Shown piece after piece: positions 56,969-64,000 of a stretch of 64,000 nucleotides of DNA (position 1 is its first letter; every line of letters starts with the position of its first letter). Under the pieces are notes generated by a model that worked only from the letters and a program-made list of their open reading frames with translations, had not been told where the DNA came from and searched no databases. The stretch spans positions 96,001 to 160,000 of the forward strand of contig CAVPNL010000004.1 of assembly GCA_963706575.1 (NCBI GenBank), read 5' to 3'. Source of the stretch: an uncultured delta proteobacterium. GTDB taxonomy: Bacteria; Desulfobacterota; Desulfobacteria; Desulfobacterales; JAHEIW01. The translations under genes were made by a program, and so were the position numbers.

Positions 56969-57798
56969 TGCTGGCTCGCAAATGCTTGTGTTTTGGGACG
57001 CAGGATAACCAATACCTCTTCGAGTTTTTCATAATCAACGAAAGGGGTAACCGTAATTTCATAAAAAATATCAGAACTGCGCTGGCTTAAGTCCGATACC
57101 CGTCCGAGGCGCAGCCCCTTTGGATATACGCCGTCCAACCCGGATGCAATAACGGTATCACCGATTTGAACATCGTGCTTGCGCAGAACAAATTCAAAGC
57201 GACACTGGTCTGCCGACCCACCCTTAATAATTCCCCGCGCCCGCGAGCGTTGCACCAATGCATCAACCGCACTGTTACGATCGATGATCAGCATCACCTT
57301 AGCGTAACGGCCGGAAACTTCAATGACCTGACCGGCAATGCCGGTGGGTAAAACAACCGGCAATCCCTTTTGCAAACCATCAGACCGGCCTTTATCGATG
57401 ATCACCGTTTTAAACCATCCGGAAGGGTCTTTCGCGATAACCTCGGCAGCCACAACTCGATGGGTCGGGGCTTTTTGAAAATTCAGCAAATTCCGCAGAC
57501 GCGTATTGGCCAGTCCAGTCTCACGCCATTCATTTTTTTTCTCGACGAACTGATTTAGTGACTCTTTTAGGGTTTCGTTTTCATGGGCAACCGATACCAG
57601 AAAAAAATAATTTTGCCAGATGCTCCGGGTAAAACGCACCGAGCGGGTCACAATCTCCTGGAAGGGCGCCACAAAGGAGATGCCCACACGGCCCAAACCA
57701 AAGGTTGACTGGCGCTTGCTGGTGATTGAAAGGAGGATAACGTTGACGACAATCAGAACGATGCCGCCAACGATTAGAACCATCTTTTTGGAGAACAT
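56965..57798 (-). CDS. mreC: Rod shape-determining protein MreC
   Basis: RLRNLLNF, AEVIA, IDKGRSDG and SGLDGVYPKGL. Confidence 0.95.
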   Translation of the reverse strand: MFSKKMVLIVGGIVLIVVNVILLSITSKRQSTFGLGRVGISFVAPFQEIVTRSVRFTRSIWQNYFFLVSVAHENETLKESLNQFVEKKNEWRETGLANTRLRNLLNFQKAPTHRVVAAEVIAKDPSGWFKTVIIDKGRSDGLQKGLPVVLPTGIAGQVIEVSGRYAKVMLIIDRNSAVDALVQRSRARGIIKGGSADQCRFEFVLRKHDVQIGDTVIASGLDGVYPKGLRLGRVSDLSQRSSDIFYEITVTPFVDYEKLEEVLVILRPKTQAFASQQ

Positions 57799-57840
57799 AG
57801 AGCTTTGTTCAATTTCCGGGATGTTTTTGGAGATGCGCGA

Positions 57841-58932
<1,092 letters not shown>

Positions 58933-58971
58933 CTAACAGATTTATTGTAGCATGACAAGAAAAAATAATCA

Positions 58972-60078
58972 TCAAAAATTTCCGGCAGCAATGGCATCCA
59001 TCACCGTATCGTGCAGTTTCGGTCTGAATTCCTTGATGCCTTCATTGTCCCTTGTGGGGTGCACGCGATTGGTGAGCATAATGACAATCACCGATTGCTC
59101 GAGATCCATCCAGAAAGAGGTGCCGGTAAACCCCAGATGTCCGACGCTGCCTTGCGAAAACCGCCGTCCGCAACTGGAGCCGGTTAAGCTCGGCATATCA
59201 AATCCCAGGGCCTTGTCGCTACCGGGTAATCGTTGGAAGAATTGATGCAGCAGTTCCCGGTGAAACAGCCCGTTGCTGGCTTGGCCGCGATAGGTGAAAA
59301 GCAACTCGACCAAAAGGCGATGAATATCTTCAGCGGCCCCAAAGAGGCCCGCATGCCCTTCAATACCGCCGACCACATAAGCATTTTCATCATGCACCTG
59401 TCCTTCTAAAACTTTGCAGCGCCAAGGGCAATTCTCCGTGGCAGCAAAGGCGCCCCGACTTTCATTCATGTTATTGGCGATAAAAAAAAGATGGTTGAGC
59501 CCCAGGGGCCGATAGATCTCGTTGACGACAAAATGATCCAGCCGCAGGTCGCCAACGCGTTCAACGATCCAGGCCAGAATCATGAATCCCAGATCACTGT
59601 AAAGAACGGTTTTTCCGATCGGGTTGACCAGCGCCTCCTGCACCAGTTGCTTGCGCAGCGCGCTTCTGCGTGAATCTATTGCAACATCGTTTAAAGCCTT
59701 ATAGTAGGGCCGGTAGTCGGGAAGCCCCGAATTATGATAGAGTAAATGTTTCAACTTTATCCTGGCCTTGTCGGTGCCCTCGAATTCAGGCAATAATTGA
59801 CCGAGGCGCTGCTCCAATTTAATTTGCTTTTGCTGCACAAGCCGCATCACCGCCAGGGTAGTCGCCAGGGGCTTGGTTAAGGATGCTAAATCAAAAATCG
59901 TTTCGGGGGCCACAGGCGCTCGGGAAATAAGATGCGTAACCCCGTATGCGTTAAAGAAAACGGTTTCTCCATTTTTCGAGACCAGTAAAACGCCGCCGGG
60001 AAATATCTCTTTAGCAATTGCTTGACGCATCAATCTGTCGACTGATTTCATTTTTATTTCGCTTCTGTTCACTGTCAT
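58972..60078 (-). CDS. Serine hydrolase, beta-lactamase/AmpC-like
   Basis: FDLASLTK (SxxK), HNSGLP, YSDLGF, GQVHDENA, GHAGLF and GHLGFTG. Confidence 0.88.
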   Translation of the reverse strand: MTVNRSEIKMKSVDRLMRQAIAKEIFPGGVLLVSKNGETVFFNAYGVTHLISRAPVAPETIFDLASLTKPLATTLAVMRLVQQKQIKLEQRLGQLLPEFEGTDKARIKLKHLLYHNSGLPDYRPYYKALNDVAIDSRRSALRKQLVQEALVNPIGKTVLYSDLGFMILAWIVERVGDLRLDHFVVNEIYRPLGLNHLFFIANNMNESRGAFAATENCPWRCKVLEGQVHDENAYVVGGIEGHAGLFGAAEDIHRLLVELLFTYRGQASNGLFHRELLHQFFQRLPGSDKALGFDMPSLTGSSCGRRFSQGSVGHLGFTGTSFWMDLEQSVIVIMLTNRVHPTRDNEGIKEFRPKLHDTVMDAIAAGNF

Positions 60079-60079
60079 T

Positions 60080-60159
60080 AGGTGTCGGGTGTCAGGTTTC
60101 AGGTGTCAGAATTGATCGAGCTGAAACTCTGCAAGGTCAGATGCTGACACCTGAAACCT
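60080..60159. repeat. ggtgtca / ctgacac 7-mer inverted cassette (empty form)
   Basis: aggtgtcgggtgtcaggtttcaggtgtcag...ctgaaact...ctgacacctgaaacct. Confidence 0.8.
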
Positions 60160-60165
60160 TTAAAA

Positions 60166-61083
60166 TCAGATTGTAGCCGGCTCATCAAAAGAAAGTATCT
60201 GTCGATCGGTATCCAGGATGGCCTCGATGCCGAAAGGTATCGTCATGTTTTGTTTCCCGTGTCCGATATCAAAACCTGCCAAAATCGGGATGTGAATATC
60301 CTGGAAATGTTCCTGGAAAATCTGATAAATTCCGTCCAAATCCCCACAGTCTTCAAAACTGCCGAGAACCAGGCCGGCAGGTTCATCAAAACATCCGGCA
60401 AGTTTCATTTGAAACAGCATACGATCGATCCGGTAAAGGGCTTCCCCCCGGTCTTCTAATAATAAAATGCGGTGTTTAAACTGGGGTTCAAAAGGTGTTC
60501 CCAGCAGGTGGCATAAGGTGGCCAGGTTGCCGCCAATTAGGGGTCCCTGTGCCCTGCCCGCCTGAATCACAACACTACCGGCGGGCTGAACCTCAAGCGG
60601 CCTGTCAGATGAAATGGCCCCTAACAGGGAGTTGCAGGTCATTTCGGATGCTTTGGCCAGCGTGGTGACCACCGGGCCGTGAAATGAAACCAGCCCGCTG
60701 CGGTTCGTAATCGCCGTCAGCAGTGCGGTAATATCACTGAACCCAATGAAAACTTTTGGATTTTTCCGGATGACATCAAAATCCATCAAAGGTAAAATTC
60801 GCAAAGAACCAAATCCACCCCGGGCGCAAAAGATAGCATCGATGGCGGGGTCTTTGAAAAGCCGATTGATAAGCCGGGCACGATGGGTATCGTTTCCCGC
60901 CAGGTAACCGGTTTTTTCAAAAATCTCATCATTTACCCGGATGCGAAATCCCAGTGACTCAACGGTACTTAACCCTTGCGAAAAAATTTTGGGATCAAAA
61001 GGACCGGCAGGGGCCACAACACCGATGGTGTCACCGGGCTTTAAACGGGGCGGACGTATGGGTTTCTTGTTTAAAGGATCCAT
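60166..61083 (-). CDS. LD-carboxypeptidase (S66, LdcA/MccF family)
   Basis: LKPGDTIGVVAPA, ARGGFG, GFSDIT, HGP, GGNL, LEDRGE and GHG. Confidence 0.92.
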   Translation of the reverse strand: MDPLNKKPIRPPRLKPGDTIGVVAPAGPFDPKIFSQGLSTVESLGFRIRVNDEIFEKTGYLAGNDTHRARLINRLFKDPAIDAIFCARGGFGSLRILPLMDFDVIRKNPKVFIGFSDITALLTAITNRSGLVSFHGPVVTTLAKASEMTCNSLLGAISSDRPLEVQPAGSVVIQAGRAQGPLIGGNLATLCHLLGTPFEPQFKHRILLLEDRGEALYRIDRMLFQMKLAGCFDEPAGLVLGSFEDCGDLDGIYQIFQEHFQDIHIPILAGFDIGHGKQNMTIPFGIEAILDTDRQILSFDEPATI

Positions 61084-61092
61084 AATATTTTA

Positions 61093-61248
61093 AGGTTTCG
61101 GGTGTCAGGTGTCAGGAACCGGCCAGCTAACAAGTGTTATATTTGTTTAATTAGTTCGATTAGTTAAATTGGTTAAGACCAAACGAATAAAACCAATTAG
61201 ACCAATTCAACCAATAAAACAAAGTAATTGAACTGACACCTGAAACCT
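61093..61248. repeat. Nested cassette: ggtgtca 7-mer arms enclosing aaccaatt 9-mer inverted arrays
   Basis: aggtttcgggtgtcaggtgtcagg...tttgtttaattagttcgattagttaaattggtt / aaccaattagaccaattcaaccaataaaacaaa...ctgacacctgaaacct. Confidence 0.82.
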
Positions 61249-61298
61249 GTTGTATATTGACATATGAAACTATGAGTGCTAATTAATGTCGCCTGTGT

Positions 61299-61375
<77 letters not shown>

Positions 61376-61655
61376 GTCGAATCATTTGGTTCCGTGACCG
61401 GCCACTTTTTCTGAACCCGGCAATCTGGCCGCCTTGAGCCGCTAGCCCGTTTCGCAATTTAGGATCCGCCTCGCATCACAACCCGGCTTGAAGCAGATCT
61501 CACTGCGCCTACTACCTGTATTTATAGCACAAACTCCGATGCGTCTCAAATACTCCGGGCAGTTGACGAAAAGCTTGTGTGTTGCATCATGGTAATATAT
61601 AACGTGAACCTTTAGGCGCGCCTAATTTTATAAGGGAGATACGATACTTTTAAAG

Positions 61656-62717
61656 ATGGTGAATTCAATTATTATAGCAACCGGAAGTTACATTCCGCCT
61701 GCGGTCATACCGAACACGCATTTTCTTGACAACGAGTTCTATGGAGAGGACGGTCAGAAGCTTGAGCGATCAAACGCCGAGATCATCAAAAAGCTCCAGG
61801 AGATTACAGAAATAAAGGAACGGCGATATGTAACCGACGATCTTACCACCTCCGATATTGCTTATATGGCGGCAAAAGAGGCCCTGGAAGGTATCGATAG
61901 GGAAAGCCTTGATGGCATTATCGTGGGTCAAAATTTAGGGGATGTTAAAGCGGGCAACATCAGAACCGATATGGTCCCCAGCATCGCGTCCCGCGTGAAA
62001 CACAAACTGAGAATAAAAAATCCATACACCGTCGCCTTTGATATTCCTTTTGGCTGTCCTGGCTGGCTGCAGGCAATAATTGTGGCCGATTATTACATCA
62101 AATCGGGTGATGCAAAGCGTATCCTGGTCATTGGTGCTGAAATCCTATCCCGCGTGTCGGACCCCCATGATATTGACTGCATGATATATGCTGACGGCGC
62201 CGGCGCAACTTTAGTTGAAGCGACGGACCGGGATGTCGGCATTCTAGCCCACGTCACGCGCTCGGATACATATGATAATGTAAATCTTTTAAATTTGGGC
62301 AAATCCTACAATCCAAAAAGAAATGACAATGAGCTATATATTAAAATGGACGGCCATGAAATATACAAATATGCTGTAAAAACCGTCCCTCAGACGGTAA
62401 AGAAAAACCTCGATAAGGCCGGAATCGAACTGCGTGATGTGCAAAAGGTTTTGATTCACCAGGCGAACGGAAAGATGGATGAGGCGATTTTAAAAAGACT
62501 GTTTAAGCTTTACGATGCCGAAGAGATCCCGGCTGACATTATGCCCATGACCATATCCTGGTGCGGTAACAGCTCGGTTGCCACCCTGCCGACCTTATTC
62601 GATCTGATGCAGAAAGGAAAACTGGAAAATCATCGACTTCATTCGGGAGAAATCGCCCTCTTCGCCTCAGTCGGCGCCGGAATGAATATAAATTCTATGG
62701 TGTATCGGATGCCCTAA
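61656..62717 (+). CDS. 3-oxoacyl-ACP synthase III (FabH-like)
   Basis: TGSYIP, FGCPGW (catalytic Cys), ADGAGA, HQAN, GNSS and GAG. Confidence 0.9.
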   Translation: MVNSIIIATGSYIPPAVIPNTHFLDNEFYGEDGQKLERSNAEIIKKLQEITEIKERRYVTDDLTTSDIAYMAAKEALEGIDRESLDGIIVGQNLGDVKAGNIRTDMVPSIASRVKHKLRIKNPYTVAFDIPFGCPGWLQAIIVADYYIKSGDAKRILVIGAEILSRVSDPHDIDCMIYADGAGATLVEATDRDVGILAHVTRSDTYDNVNLLNLGKSYNPKRNDNELYIKMDGHEIYKYAVKTVPQTVKKNLDKAGIELRDVQKVLIHQANGKMDEAILKRLFKLYDAEEIPADIMPMTISWCGNSSVATLPTLFDLMQKGKLENHRLHSGEIALFASVGAGMNINSMVYRMP

Positions 62718-62744
62718 TTGAGCGATACACGCCCAAAACGGGCG

Positions 62745-63770
62745 TTATTGCCGTTGATAGGCCGCCCGGGCCGCTTCGACCATAGCGAGCATGTTTTCGG
62801 TCGATGTGCCTGGGGCAACGGCACATCCCGGAGCCAGGATTTGAATCCCGTCGTCAATACACTTTCGGCATTCCCGCCGCACCGTTTCGGGATCCTTCAT
62901 ATACAGAACTTCCGCAACATCCGCTCCGCCCATCAGGACGATTTCCGGACCGCATACCTCACGCGCCAGTTGTGCGCTTGCCTTGGGCTCCAGGCTGAGA
63001 ATCTCCGCGCCGGTTTGGCCCATATATGCGACAATCCGATCGACATTACCGCAAATATGCAAGATTTTGGGGACCGGAATAGCAGCGAACTGCTTCTGCT
63101 GGTAGGGCAGTTCGAAGTCACGATAGGTCTCCGGCGGTATCATCAGTGGCGATGCCGTCATGTCCTCGCAGGCAATGATATCGGCTCCGGCTTCTACTAG
63201 GGCCTTGGCCAGCGTTGTGCCGGCTTTTTCGGCGACATCAAGAAAGGGCTTTATTTTTTCAGGCGCCCTGACGGTGGCTTTCAGCAGGGGAACGATGTCC
63301 AGCAAGGCACCGGCAATGGTGAACGGACCGATGATTCCGGCCACAATGGGCACCTCTCCCTTTAATTGCGCCTTCAGTATCCTGACAGCCTCCAGCAACT
63401 CCGGAATCGTTCCCCGGTCGAGAAAATCAGCGGGGAACTCCGGTGTATCGTCCAATTGGTACGGCGGGGGATGATCGATACCGGGGATGCCTTCCTCCCC
63501 GTCCGGACCTGAGCCCGATTTTAGGGTGCATCCCAGGGCCTCGGCCTCGATGGTTTGGGAAAACGGTACTCTGACCGCATCGAAACCCAGCACGGTATGA
63601 GCCGCCAGGGCCTGTTTGGCCATGGCGGCCCCTTTTACATGGCCTTCGGGCCAGAAGGCGTCGACTTTCTCCATCTGTTCATAGGTCACGGTAGAATTGG
63701 CGCCGAAACAGGGCATCCGATCGGCTTCTTCATGGTTTAGAACTGCCATTATCCTTTCTTTGGCATTCAT
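62745..63770 (-). CDS. MtaA/CmuA-family methylcobamide methyltransferase (UroD fold)
   Basis: MNAKERI, FWPEGH, GFDAVRVPF..TIEAEALG, GPFTIA, ILHICG and LAPGC; AAAGGAG RBS before ATG 63770. Confidence 0.88.
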   Translation of the reverse strand: MNAKERIMAVLNHEEADRMPCFGANSTVTYEQMEKVDAFWPEGHVKGAAMAKQALAAHTVLGFDAVRVPFSQTIEAEALGCTLKSGSGPDGEEGIPGIDHPPPYQLDDTPEFPADFLDRGTIPELLEAVRILKAQLKGEVPIVAGIIGPFTIAGALLDIVPLLKATVRAPEKIKPFLDVAEKAGTTLAKALVEAGADIIACEDMTASPLMIPPETYRDFELPYQQKQFAAIPVPKILHICGNVDRIVAYMGQTGAEILSLEPKASAQLAREVCGPEIVLMGGADVAEVLYMKDPETVRRECRKCIDDGIQILAPGCAVAPGTSTENMLAMVEAARAAYQRQ

Positions 63771-63895
63771 CTCGCATTCTCCTTTGTGGGCTGGGATCAC
63801 TGCTCGCTTGCACACCTGCCCGAAAGTTCCCGGGGGCGGGTGCCATAACATTACGAAAGCTAGATTCCGGAAGATAGAACAGAATAGCTGCTAAA

Positions 63896-64000
63896 TCAAT
63901 GCCTGCGGCTCCCCACCAGGGAATAATCCAGCCCCATCTCACTGACTTCCTTTTTAACGCCTTGATACAGCTCGAGGTATTCATCGGTGGGCGTGACCGT
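63896..64000 (-). CDS. C-terminal end of a probable monomethylamine:corrinoid methyltransferase (MtmB family), partial
   Basis: Translation TVTPTDEYLELYQGVKKEVSEMGLDYSLVGSRRH* resembles the MtmB C-terminus as recalled (TVTPT.EY...Y....K.L...GL); directly upstream of an MtaA/MtbA-like gene. Only 34 aa visible. Confidence 0.6.
   Translation of the reverse strand, partial: TVTPTDEYLELYQGVKKEVSEMGLDYSLVGSRRH

Noticed and set aside
61274..61282. CIRCE half-site GAGTGCTAA
   Set aside because: No left arm, and it lies in a tRNA promoter.
61376..61655. Genomic island integrated at tRNA-Pro (or tRNA-Thr)
   Set aside because: No integrase and no duplicated tRNA 3' end within the window; cannot be excluded beyond the edge.

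Overview
64 kb of chromosome from a probable Desulfobacterota (Desulfobacterales-like) bacterium; the taxonomy is inferred from gene order and rRNA motifs, not from a search. Most of the window is a minus-strand housekeeping backbone: ldcA-like peptidase, serine hydrolase, mreBCD-mrdA-rodA, bactofilin, atpF'FHAGDC, GlmU N-domain, zapB-zapA-6S RNA-rny-tyrS, a complete rrn operon (16S-tRNAIle-tRNAAla-23S-5S), mfd-surA-surA-rodZ-mgtE-recO-GHMP kinase-glyQS and a partial ligA. It also holds tRNA-Thr(CGT), tRNA-Pro(GGG), ihfA and a sigma54 two-component pair. Accessory parts are: (i) a GcvT-like gene plus two PYROXD2/phytoene-dehydrogenase-like genes, a candidate folate-linked N-demethylation module; (ii) a histone-H1-like protein of nine 11-aa repeats behind a perfect sigma70 promoter; (iii) a catabolic islet at about 24.9-31.3 kb with a duplicated promoter block; (iv) hsp20-hsp20-truncated J-domain divergent from a putative tandem ribbon-helix-helix protein, with a palindromic site between them; (v) an MtmB-like C-terminus plus an MtaA/MtbA-like methyltransferase at the right edge. 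Intergenic DNA is strikingly rich in 7-9 bp periodic inverted-repeat cassettes (some nested), REP-like hairpins and MITE-like elements, often touching stop codons, and the rRNA spacer contains a degenerate tRNA-Ala copy. Several single-base frameshifts, including in ATP synthase b/b' genes, look like assembly errors. No CRISPR array, prophage or transposase was seen.
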